Positions 17,329 through 25,225 of a DNA stretch of 32,000 nucleotides are shown here, in pieces. The notes below the pieces were generated by a model. That model saw only the letters and a list, made by a program, of their open reading frames with translations, ran no database searches and was not told the origin of the DNA. Within the stretch, counting starts at the first letter, position 1; each line of letters starts with the position of its first letter. Made by a program: the position numbers and the translations under genes. The stretch is from Candidatus Poseidoniaceae archaeon (lineage in GTDB: Archaea > Thermoplasmatota > Poseidoniia > Poseidoniales > Poseidoniaceae), in contig CALSTM010000002.1 in the NCBI GenBank assembly GCA_943789275.1, forward strand, positions 660,001 through 692,000, read 5' to 3'.

Positions 17329-17661
17329 ATGGAGCCTATAGCCAAGTGGGGGAGCGCGATGAAGCCAAAGAAAATCATGGCCATCAAACGTCGCTTAACG
17401 CGCCTAATTGCGGCGTGGAAAGACCCACACACCGAACAAAATCTTTCCGAGACAAATCAGATTCAGGGTCTTGAAGTCACGGAGAACGGTGGCGTGAACA
17501 TCGCCGTAACACCGGAACGGCCACATTGCCCGTGTTGTTTGTTTGATTTACGCGACCTGAGGCAAAAAATCGGGAAGATCAAAGGGGTCACATCGGTCGA
17601 ATTGGTCGTTACTGGAGTGCCGGCTGCTGAGCGCTGGACGCGTGTCCTCAATCCGGAATGA
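17329..17661 (+). CDS. DUF59/MIP18-like (Fe-S assembly related) small protein, tentative
   Basis: WKDPHTEQNLSETNQIQGLEVTENGGVNIAVTPERPHCPCC...IKGVTSVELVV resembles the DUF59 pattern (DPE..i.dLGlv..v.v.....v.mtlT...CP). Starts 3 nt after the xseB stop. Confidence 0.45.
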   Translation: MEPIAKWGSAMKPKKIMAIKRRLTRLIAAWKDPHTEQNLSETNQIQGLEVTENGGVNIAVTPERPHCPCCLFDLRDLRQKIGKIKGVTSVELVVTGVPAAERWTRVLNPE

Positions 17662-18472
17662 CCCGTGCTTTGAGCACAAAATATGCGGGTAGTGACCAGC
17701 CAAGAACTGCCGCAATCCAAGCGACGAGGGAACCGAAATAAACGCCCCATTCTGGCAAAGAGTACATGGCGACCATGGCGTAAATTGCCACGCTGACCCC
17801 ACCTAATGCCATAGGTCCGGCTGCGCCGCGTGGAACGGTCGGGCCTTGAGCAAGCCAGAGAGCCACCATACTGGTTAGGAAAATGGCTGGGAACACTGCC
17901 GCTAATCCAGCGATGAAAGGATGCCCTTGTGAAGAGAGCCACACTGCTGCGCCAATGGCTGCTGCAGCCGCACTTCCACGAAGAATCAAAACCGAAAACG
18001 CCACAGGTTCGCTGCCTTTCGGTGCTTCGCGAACATTCCAATTCATTCGTACGGCTAAACCAATGATCAGAAGAAGCCCAAGAGTTGCCATACTCCATGA
18101 AGATACGCCCAATTCCAAAGCGTATTCAACACCAAACAACATCAACATCCCACAGATAAACCAAGTTGCTAGTGCACCGAGCGCAGTGGCGAAGAGTGGT
18201 GATTTTGAACGTTCTAATCGAGGGGGGAGGTAAATCCACACGCTCAAGAAAATACCGTTGATAAGCATCCCTAACGGCATGATGGCAAGGCTTTGTGCGA
18301 ACAGAACCTCATCGCCTGCAAGATAAATGCCGGCTGCAGCGGGAAGTATAGTTGAAGGCATCGTGCCGAGAATTCCGCCAGTAAGGCCTCCCCATCGTTC
18401 GATAGCGAGCGTAACCAGTACCGCGATGCAACCTGCTAGGAAAGCGGAAACAAGCACGGATGTTGACAGCAT
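17648..18472 (-). CDS. Polytopic membrane protein with an internal duplication (DUF3147-like halves, tentative)
   Basis: About 8 hydrophobic segments. The halves (...GGILGTMPSTILPAAAGIYLAG... and ...IAGLAAVFPAIFLTSMVALWLAQG...) align by eye. The start is ATG 18472, or TTG 18496 overlapping the upstream stop as TTGA. Confidence 0.6.
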   Translation of the reverse strand: MLSTSVLVSAFLAGCIAVLVTLAIERWGGLTGGILGTMPSTILPAAAGIYLAGDEVLFAQSLAIMPLGMLINGIFLSVWIYLPPRLERSKSPLFATALGALATWFICGMLMLFGVEYALELGVSSWSMATLGLLLIIGLAVRMNWNVREAPKGSEPVAFSVLILRGSAAAAAIGAAVWLSSQGHPFIAGLAAVFPAIFLTSMVALWLAQGPTVPRGAAGPMALGGVSVAIYAMVAMYSLPEWGVYFGSLVAWIAAVLGWSLPAYFVLKARVIPD

Positions 18473-18492
18473 AACTGCGCCCCAGGAGTGAT

Positions 18493-19284
18493 TCAAGCAA
18501 ACGGGTCAAGATGTACGATTTGATCGACATCAATCCGCTTATACCCGCGCTCACGAGCATTTTCTGCTGCTTTGGAAAGCATTGCTCTCATCCATCCCAG
18601 CGACATCAGCGTCTGTAATTTGGTGATGGATTCGATAAAATGAACTGGATTTCCCCCAAATTGGGTGTTGCTACGAATATCCGACTCAAGTTGTTCAACG
18701 ACCATGTAGTAGGTTTCAATCAGTTCCTCTACAGCATCCTTGGTCACGGGCATCTTTGCATGCGTTTTGGCAAGTGAAAGAAGTGAAGATTCGGTCAAAA
18801 TACCGCCGCCTTGACTGATGACAAATTCTTCAGTTTGAGCAACTTCGGAAAAGGATTCATCGTCGTCAGAATCACTGCTCATATCCATGCCCGCAACTGC
18901 GATTTCGAGATGCCGGGGCTTGATGGTTGCAACGCGGTCTTTTTCTGCAGCAACTTCAGCGTGGTATACTAATTTCGAAAGGTATGTTTCTACCTGGGAA
19001 ATCCCGGCTTGGACTGCTGCTGAGCCTACGGATTCAACCGCTTTGATTTCATCAATCATCAATTCACGCGTACGGTTGTAATTCAAGCGAGTTCGAAACG
19101 GATCATCGAGTGTCTTCCGCTCAGGGTCTTGAGAAAGGGTAGCAGACTCCATCTCAGGAACAAAGCGGCGTATTTCTGCACATGCCAATTCAACGAGGCG
19201 TTCCTTCACCGCACCCGCAAGTCGCATTTCAGTAAAATTTGAAGCAACTGCTCCTATGTGACCGGTCGAGTAAGGCTTTGCCAT
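18493..19284 (-). CDS. Hypothetical protein with two histone-fold-like modules (candidate doublet histone-fold protein)
   Basis: N-terminal half: GHIGAVASNFTEMRLAGAVKERLVELACAEIRRFV ... HAEVAAEKDRVATIKPRHLEIAVAG. C-terminal half: LLSLAKTHAKMPVTKDAVEELIETYYMVVEQL ... AAENARERGYKRIDVDQIVHL. Both endings resemble the alpha2-L2-alpha3 end of archaeal histones (HMfB ...LARHAGRKTIKAEDIELAV). ATG 19284 is preferred over GTG 19317. Confidence 0.5.
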   Translation of the reverse strand: MAKPYSTGHIGAVASNFTEMRLAGAVKERLVELACAEIRRFVPEMESATLSQDPERKTLDDPFRTRLNYNRTRELMIDEIKAVESVGSAAVQAGISQVETYLSKLVYHAEVAAEKDRVATIKPRHLEIAVAGMDMSSDSDDDESFSEVAQTEEFVISQGGGILTESSLLSLAKTHAKMPVTKDAVEELIETYYMVVEQLESDIRSNTQFGGNPVHFIESITKLQTLMSLGWMRAMLSKAAENARERGYKRIDVDQIVHLDPFA

Positions 19285-19335
19285 ACTCCCTTCACAGCGC
19301 AGACATAACTTGAACACTATGGTTGATTTTTTTGC

Positions 19336-19599
19336 TTACTCAACCATGCCATCGTCTCGTCCCATCGCTTGGGAAATTTCCCACGCATGCAAGCATTCGT
19401 GACCCCCTAGAAAGCCTCCTGCTTCTCGACTTGGTCCGATAAACTCGGATGCGCAAAATTGGCAAAACACGCTCACAATTGGTTCGTTGTAGTAAGTACC
19501 GTTCGGGGTTTTTCTCATTGGAATGCGCTTACCAACGTCTTCATGGGTCCAGCCTTCCATCTTTTCGCAGATGTCATCGTCTTTCTGTTCTTGTTCCAT
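19336..19599 (-). CDS. Hypothetical small Cys/His-containing protein (87 aa)
   Basis: The ATG at 19599 lies 2 nt after the stop of the upstream peptidase gene. It contains CQFCASEF and GGHECLHAW. The longer ORF-track version (to 19674) overlaps the peptidase gene. Confidence 0.4.
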   Translation of the reverse strand: MEQEQKDDDICEKMEGWTHEDVGKRIPMRKTPNGTYYNEPIVSVFCQFCASEFIGPSREAGGFLGGHECLHAWEISQAMGRDDGMVE

Positions 19600-19601
19600 C
19601 G

Positions 19602-20858
19602 TTACCACTCCGTCAACCAAGGCCATGCGCCTCCAGCAGTTACCGGCCGCATTCCCTCTTCGTCTCGAATCCATGTGTCTTCACTGCCGATACTGCCTTC
19701 TTCGTAGACTGCCTTCGGCTCAATAGCCATCGCACCACCAACCGGCAATGGGCGGTCGAAGCCTGAAGCAACAACCGGAGATTCGTCCAATTGCAGACCA
19801 ACTGAATGACCGAGGAATCGGCTTTGGTCGGGGTTCATACCCATGAGGTTGTCTTGGTAACCAAGCTCGACTGCCAAGGCATAGGCTTCATCCCAAGCAG
19901 CCTCACACGTATCGCCTCGGTCAAGAACATCAACAACTGAATCCTTGACAGCGACCATGTCTTCAAGGCGTTGAAGCCATAGGTCAGAAAGTGAACCTGC
20001 AACAAACATGCGAGTCATGTCGACAATGTATCCGCGATGAGCATGAACCAAGTCGACTAAGACCGGCTCGTTCGGTTTAATTCGGTGGAAGCCTGAACCC
20101 ATTCCCGCCAAGGGATGGGCCCCTGTTCCTCCGACCGCTGAATCAAAAAACGATGGAATGCCTCCAGCACGCCCGGTGACAATAACGCCGCGGTCGCATT
20201 GAAGGGGGAAACGGCGCATCTGAACACTGCCGCCAAACCCTTCTGAACGGCTCACTGCTTCGGCAGCCGCCACCAATTCCAGTTCTGTGATGCCTTCTCC
20301 GCCGACTGCTTCAACCGCTTCAAACATTCGAAGTTGAACATCTGCTGCTGCCTCCATTTGTTCAATTTCCCATTGGGATTTGACCTCCCTCTGGCTGTGA
20401 ATGATACGCGTCACATCAGGACAAGTTCCAAGTTCGACGAATATGTGAGCAAAGCGTTGTGCAAAGGTAGCTGGAACTTCTCCGTATTGTAATCCAGGTG
20501 CTGAGACGACGCCACGTTGACGCAGCGTATCGACCAGTTCAGCCGAACGGGGGAACGAGACAACCTCGTGCGGCGCATCCGTGCCGCCGCCTTCAAACAG
20601 TGCTCGTTGGAGTGAACGGCGAACGAAAAGAATCGAACGCTTTTCTTCAGCAGCAAGAGATGGAATATACATTGATGCGTTTTGTCGTCCACCTGCGTAA
20701 TAGTAGAGGTCAACTGGATGTTGAATGAACGCACCTGGGATTCCTGCCTCAGCAAGTAATTCTCCAAGGCGATGCTGACGAGCGGCCAATTCCGAAACGG
20801 GAACCCTCCAATCATCACCGTCGGGGCCGACCAAGTCCGCCTCTTTCCATCCAGTCAT
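19602..20858 (-). CDS. M24-family metallopeptidase (Xaa-Pro aminopeptidase / creatinase-like)
   Basis: Creatinase-like N-terminal domain followed by a pita-bread catalytic domain. Metal-ligand contexts: VLVDLVHAHRGYIVDMTRMF, LGHSVGLQLDESP, AIEPKAVYEEGSIGSEDT. Confidence 0.85.
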   Translation of the reverse strand: MTGWKEADLVGPDGDDWRVPVSELAARQHRLGELLAEAGIPGAFIQHPVDLYYYAGGRQNASMYIPSLAAEEKRSILFVRRSLQRALFEGGGTDAPHEVVSFPRSAELVDTLRQRGVVSAPGLQYGEVPATFAQRFAHIFVELGTCPDVTRIIHSQREVKSQWEIEQMEAAADVQLRMFEAVEAVGGEGITELELVAAAEAVSRSEGFGGSVQMRRFPLQCDRGVIVTGRAGGIPSFFDSAVGGTGAHPLAGMGSGFHRIKPNEPVLVDLVHAHRGYIVDMTRMFVAGSLSDLWLQRLEDMVAVKDSVVDVLDRGDTCEAAWDEAYALAVELGYQDNLMGMNPDQSRFLGHSVGLQLDESPVVASGFDRPLPVGGAMAIEPKAVYEEGSIGSEDTWIRDEEGMRPVTAGGAWPWLTEW

Positions 20859-20896
20859 GAATCAATGGTGAAGGCGACCGTTCAAAACGGCATCGC

Positions 20897-21853
20897 TCAA
20901 ACTTCGATTTCAGGAGCAGTCCAAGCATCTGTTTCGTCAACTCTTTTTTGCGCAATAGCACAGTATTCTTCAGACAAATCAATGCCGACAAAAGTCCGTC
21001 CGGTCATCTTTGCTGCAACGCAAGTCGAACCTGAACCGTTGAAGGGATCGAGTACGACATCTCCTGCAAACGAATACATCTCAATGCAACGTTTAGGCAG
21101 TTCCACTGGGAACGGTGCGGGATGGTTGACTCTCGATGCCCGCTCCGTCGCAAACGACCAAATCGATTTGGTGTGTTGGATGAAATCATCACGCGGTATG
21201 GTATCAATTCGACCATCTGACCGTTCCGTTTTGTCTCTCGGAAGTTTGTAATTGCCCTTTGAAAAAACGAGCAGGTATTCATGGACATCTCGCAAGCATG
21301 GATTGCTTGCAGACTGGAAAGACCCCCAAGCGCATGAGGAGCCTGCACTCGCTGATTTGTCCCAAATGATTTCACCACGCATCAAGAAGCCCAGTTGATT
21401 CATCATGATGTTGATGTGACTTGAGAGAGGAATGTACGGTTTTCGTCCGAGATTGGCAACATTGACAACCATTCGTCCACCGGGAGTTAGAACGCGATAG
21501 CATTCTGCAAAAACATCGTACAGCATCTCCAAGTATTCACTTAGAGAGAGGTCTTCATCGTATGCTTTGCTGGCGTTGTATGGTGGAGATGTTACGACCA
21601 GATGAACGCAATTATCCGGCAGAGACAGGTTACGAGAATCACCTTCAATCACCGTATTGGCAAGCGTTGGAGGAAGTTCTTGCGCCTCCCCGACTTCACG
21701 GCTTGAAACGATGCCGTCATACATTCGACTGCCGTAATACACTGAAGCATCGTGCCCTTCTCGCTTGGATACGCCGAAAGCCGATGTACTCGTCTTGGCT
21801 CGACGGCGAGGCCCTTTGAGAGTTTCATCCTCTTCGGGTGCTTCTCGCGCCAT
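20897..21853 (-). CDS. Beta-class DNA methyltransferase (N4-cytosine or N6-adenine, PF01555-type), apparently orphan
   Basis: Catalytic motif IV VVTSPPYN is N-terminal. SAM-binding motif I VVLDPFNGSGSTCVAA is C-terminal, followed by FVGIDLSEEY. This is the circular permutation typical of the beta group. No endonuclease-like ORF lies next to it. Confidence 0.88.
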   Translation of the reverse strand: MAREAPEEDETLKGPRRRAKTSTSAFGVSKREGHDASVYYGSRMYDGIVSSREVGEAQELPPTLANTVIEGDSRNLSLPDNCVHLVVTSPPYNASKAYDEDLSLSEYLEMLYDVFAECYRVLTPGGRMVVNVANLGRKPYIPLSSHINIMMNQLGFLMRGEIIWDKSASAGSSCAWGSFQSASNPCLRDVHEYLLVFSKGNYKLPRDKTERSDGRIDTIPRDDFIQHTKSIWSFATERASRVNHPAPFPVELPKRCIEMYSFAGDVVLDPFNGSGSTCVAAKMTGRTFVGIDLSEEYCAIAQKRVDETDAWTAPEIEV

Positions 21854-21963
21854 CTTTTGTCAGCGGTCTTAGCGGCTATATCACCTTTCGCGCCATCCGG
21901 CTGTGCTGGACGCGCAGTTACCAAGGAAATCGCAACGGCCGAACACTAAGTTGACCCACTGCA

Positions 21964-23253
21964 ATGAAAAACCGTGAGCACTTGGACGGTTCAATGGCGA
22001 GTGTTCTAACTCTCGACAATGTCAACGTCAACAACAAGACGGTTCTTGTTCGTGTCGACATCAATTGTCCGCTTCGACCTGACACCAAAGCTTTCCTCGA
22101 TACCACGCGTATCAAAGCCATTGTTCCGACTTTGAATCGCCTCAAGTATGCAAAGGTGGTTCTCCTCGCCCATCAATCTCGCCCAGGTAAAGACGATTTC
22201 ACTTCGACCCTCGGCCATTCTCGCGAATTGGGTCGTATCCTCGGCCGACCAATCAAATGGATTGACGATCTTGCCGGTGAAAAAGCAATGCTCGCCATCG
22301 AAGCGATGGACGTTGGAGACATACTTATGCTCAACAATGTGCGAATGTACAGTGAAGAGGTCAATACCAAAGGAGGATTTGAAGCCCATGCAGATACGAC
22401 AATGGTCCAAAATCTAGCCAGTGTGGCGGACCTCTTTGTTTACGATGCGTTTGCCTGTGCACACCGCAGCACACCATCTGGGGTTGGATTCACTCACTTG
22501 ATACCGTGCGTGGCTGGAGAGCTGATGAAGAATGAAATCAACAAATTGGACCGAGCGCTGGAAAATCCTGCTCGACCTTGTTTGGCCGTCCTTGGCGGAA
22601 TCAAAGTCGATGATTCAATCTTGGTCGCTGACAATATGCTACGGAACAACATCTGCGATGAATTATGGCCGACGGGGGGTGTTGCGAATCTCTTCCTCGA
22701 ACTCTCTGGATACAACATCGGTTCGGTCAACCACGACTTTTTGGTGAATGAACTGGGTCAAAATTGGCATCAAACCGTTGAAACTGCCAAATCGTTATTG
22801 ACTGATTTTAAAGATAAAATCCACCTTCCAATTGACGTGGCTGCAAACATCGAAGACAACCGTGTCGACCTTTCAGTCGACGAACTACCGATTGAAGCGC
22901 CCATTTTCGACCTTGGCCTTCAATCCATTCGCAAACTCTCAGCAGCCATCAAGTCAGCCGGAACGATTCATCTTAACGGGCCTGCAGGGGTTTTCGAGTT
23001 GGATGATTTCGCACTTGGAACCGTGGAGATGTTGAACGCTTGTGCCGAATCCAAGGGCTATGTTGTTGTTGGTGGAGGACACACTTCGACGCTCATAGTC
23101 AAGCACGGTTTGCGAGACAAAATGGGGCACCTATCTACTGGAGGAGGCGCGTGTTTGGATTATATTGCAGGAAAGAACCTCCCCGCTGTAGCCAGCCTTG
23201 AAGCAAGCGCTAAGGCTTTCACGCTCAACATTCGAAGCGCTGTAGACCAATAG
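21964..23253 (+). CDS. pgk: Phosphoglycerate kinase (archaeal type)
   Basis: KTVLVRVDINCPL, VVLLAHQSRPG and YDAFACAHRSTPS (family-typical NDAF..AHR context), plus VVGGGHTS and STGGGACLDYIAG. The start is ATG 21964 or ATG 21994. Confidence 0.9.
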   Translation: MKNREHLDGSMASVLTLDNVNVNNKTVLVRVDINCPLRPDTKAFLDTTRIKAIVPTLNRLKYAKVVLLAHQSRPGKDDFTSTLGHSRELGRILGRPIKWIDDLAGEKAMLAIEAMDVGDILMLNNVRMYSEEVNTKGGFEAHADTTMVQNLASVADLFVYDAFACAHRSTPSGVGFTHLIPCVAGELMKNEINKLDRALENPARPCLAVLGGIKVDDSILVADNMLRNNICDELWPTGGVANLFLELSGYNIGSVNHDFLVNELGQNWHQTVETAKSLLTDFKDKIHLPIDVAANIEDNRVDLSVDELPIEAPIFDLGLQSIRKLSAAIKSAGTIHLNGPAGVFELDDFALGTVEMLNACAESKGYVVVGGGHTSTLIVKHGLRDKMGHLSTGGGACLDYIAGKNLPAVASLEASAKAFTLNIRSAVDQ

Positions 23254-23256
23254 AGG

Positions 23257-23329
23257 AGCCACTGGGGAGGTTCGAACTCCCGACCTCCTGATTACGAATC
23301 AGGTGCTATACCAGCTAAGCCACAGTGGC
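23257..23329 (-). tRNA. tRNA-Thr (anticodon CGU)
   Basis: Hand-folded cloverleaf. Acceptor GCCACTG/CAGTGGC with 7 Watson-Crick pairs. U8, A14 and G18G19 present. Anticodon stem CCTGA/TCAGG with loop TTCGTAA, giving anticodon CGT. T-arm GGGAG-TTCGAAC-CTCCC. 5-nt variable loop. Discriminator T followed by CC, so CCA is not fully encoded. No intron. Confidence 0.92.
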
Positions 23330-23407
23330 GCAGACCGTCGGCAGCGTCGATGAGAGATAAGGCAAACGGTTGAAAGCGTTCATGAGGGTTGAGGCAAACC
23401 CATCTGC

Positions 23408-24667
23408 ATGGCCGAGGACATGAGCGTGAGGTATCGCAACGCGATATTGTACGATGAAAGCGGCCGTAAGCACGTCGGAGATGTGCTGCTCAACAAAGAC
23501 GGAAACTACGCTCCTTCGAAGGGAGACGAGGATGTTCAGGCAGACCTCGACGGCACCAATCGCCTCATTACTCGCAGCCTTCAGAATTGGCACACCCATT
23601 TGGCAATGCAACTGAATGCCCGAGACTTCAGCGATGGTTTTCCTCTTCACCGCTGGCTGAATGAAGCCATCTTCCCAACCGAAGCCAAACTTAACCCCGA
23701 ATACGTTCGTGTTGGAGCACAGGCGGCGGCAGCGGAAATGATTCGAACGGGTTCATCCTTCGCTGCTGACATGTATTTTTATCCCGCAGTAACAGGGAAG
23801 GTACTCACCGATGCTGGGCTACGTGGATTGGTTGGAGGGCCTGTCAGTGATGCTGCACTTCCTTCACATCCAGATGCTGCATCTGCCCTTGATGAAATGG
23901 ACAGCATTCTCAAAACGCAAAAACCCGAGGATAAAATCCAGTATGCCATTGCGACCCATTCGGTGTATCTGTGCAGCGAAGAAACCTTGCGTAGAGCATC
24001 AGAGTTGGCTGAGAAGCGAAATGCAAGGCTGCACATTCACGTCAGCGAAACACGAAAAGAAATAGCCGACTGTCACGATAAAACGGGTTACTACCCCGTT
24101 GAATACCTCAACAGTCTGGACTTTTTCAAACCGGGAACTGTGTGTGCCCACGCTTCATGGGTAAAGAAAAACGAAATTCGGATGCTCGCTGAGCATGAAG
24201 TCACAGCGGTACATTGCCCGTCATCGAACATGAAAATTGCATGCGGAGGAACGATGTCGTATCCAGCCTACAAAGAGGCTGGTGTGGATGTTCGCATCGG
24301 AACTGACGGAGCGGCATCTTCAGGAAGTGGTCTTGACATGCTGGCAGAAGCACGTCTAGCGGCACTGGTACAGCGACACGACCACTGGGATGCGACACTC
24401 TTACCTGCAAATGAAGTCTTTTCTATGGCAACAAAAGGAAGTTCCGATTGGGCTGTATGGAACCTTGATGATGTTCGGATGCGACCCGCAGGACGCAGTG
24501 GAAACCGTCACCTGGCCAACCTCGTGTTCAACGGCGCAGAATGCCTCGACCTTTGGGTTGATGGCCAAGGCGTGCGACTCGATGGTAAGACAAAAACTCT
24601 GGATGAACACTTGGCTTGGAACGAATTGGACAATGCTGTTCAATCATACTATGAAGGCGTAGAGTGA
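23408..24667 (+). CDS. mtaD: Amidohydrolase-superfamily deaminase (5-methylthioadenosine/S-adenosylhomocysteine deaminase-like, COG0402)
   Basis: Metal-binding HxH in NWHTHLAM, HIHVSETRKE, VHCPSSNMKIACG and IGTDGAASSG match the MtaD/DadD/TRZ-ATZ subgroup pattern. Exact substrate is not determinable from sequence. Confidence 0.8.
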   Translation: MAEDMSVRYRNAILYDESGRKHVGDVLLNKDGNYAPSKGDEDVQADLDGTNRLITRSLQNWHTHLAMQLNARDFSDGFPLHRWLNEAIFPTEAKLNPEYVRVGAQAAAAEMIRTGSSFAADMYFYPAVTGKVLTDAGLRGLVGGPVSDAALPSHPDAASALDEMDSILKTQKPEDKIQYAIATHSVYLCSEETLRRASELAEKRNARLHIHVSETRKEIADCHDKTGYYPVEYLNSLDFFKPGTVCAHASWVKKNEIRMLAEHEVTAVHCPSSNMKIACGGTMSYPAYKEAGVDVRIGTDGAASSGSGLDMLAEARLAALVQRHDHWDATLLPANEVFSMATKGSSDWAVWNLDDVRMRPAGRSGNRHLANLVFNGAECLDLWVDGQGVRLDGKTKTLDEHLAWNELDNAVQSYYEGVE

Positions 24668-25216
24668 CTACTTCATTCGAGAGAGGCCGAGGCCTCCTAT
24701 CCCTGTTAAGAAACTAAACAGGTATGTTGCGGCGCCTGCAGACAATTTCACCTCGTAGTTGATCGAAAGATCGGTTCCGGCAGGAAGTATGCCTGATTTG
24801 GTGCCAATTCCTGCATAGAATTCGCCGTCCGATACGCGCCACTCCAACCCGTCGCCTCCGTCAATCGCCGTTGCTTCGTACCCAGAATCGCCGTATTGGC
24901 AGGTTTGGCTGTCGGATGTTGATTGAAGGAAGGCCCCACCGCTTGCCCGTATGCCGTCGCATTGGGATTTCTTATCCTCATCAGCAATAACCATGAAAAT
25001 ATCATCCCGGTCCCATTTTACAGTGGTGTCGGCAGAAATGAAGAGGGATGCTGGGTTTCCAGGTAAGGCCTCATCGGAAAAAAACACGTATCCTTCGATG
25101 TTTGGAGTTGGTACATCGTCGATTTGGCCTTCAACGGTGTAACCGATTGTACCGCCTGCAATGAGGAGGACAGCAAGGCCGGATAATGCGTAACCAATCA
25201 GTTTCTTCAGACCCAT
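24668..25216 (-). CDS. Hypothetical secreted or membrane-anchored protein (hydrophobic segments at both termini)
   Basis: N-terminal anchor or signal LIGYALSGLAVLLIAGGTIG. C-terminal hydrophobic segment ATYLFSFLTGIGGLGLS followed by RMK. Acidic Gly/Asp-rich middle with 2 Cys. No family recognised. Confidence 0.5.
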   Translation of the reverse strand: MGLKKLIGYALSGLAVLLIAGGTIGYTVEGQIDDVPTPNIEGYVFFSDEALPGNPASLFISADTTVKWDRDDIFMVIADEDKKSQCDGIRASGGAFLQSTSDSQTCQYGDSGYEATAIDGGDGLEWRVSDGEFYAGIGTKSGILPAGTDLSINYEVKLSAGAATYLFSFLTGIGGLGLSRMK

Positions 25217-25225
25217 AGAATCAAC

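Noticed and set aside
17463-18098. 211-aa minus-strand ORF rich in Arg/Ser/Cys/Trp
   Set aside because: It is out of frame with the membrane-protein gene and runs across the convergent junction into the DUF59-like gene. Its composition is typical of an off-frame read of a GC-rich hydrophobic gene.
19390-19420. HExxH (HECLH) in the 87-aa protein read as a zinc-metalloprotease active site
   Set aside because: The protein is far too short and lacks a third ligand or Met-turn context. The motif more plausibly belongs to a Cys/His metal site or occurs by chance. I kept it only as a low-interest note.
20772-21251. 159-aa plus-strand ORF across the peptidase/methyltransferase junction
   Set aside because: It is antisense to two motif-supported minus-strand genes and crosses their intergenic gap.
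23254-23407. tRNA-Thr locus as a possible integration hotspot (the tRNA 3' end lies 3 nt from the pgk stop)
   Set aside because: There is no integrase, no partial duplicate of the tRNA 3' half elsewhere in the window, and both flanking genes are housekeeping. This is just compact convergent packing.
23315-23650. 111-aa minus-strand ORF
   Set aside because: It overlaps the tRNA-Thr gene and is antisense to the 5' end of the amidohydrolase gene, so it is spurious.
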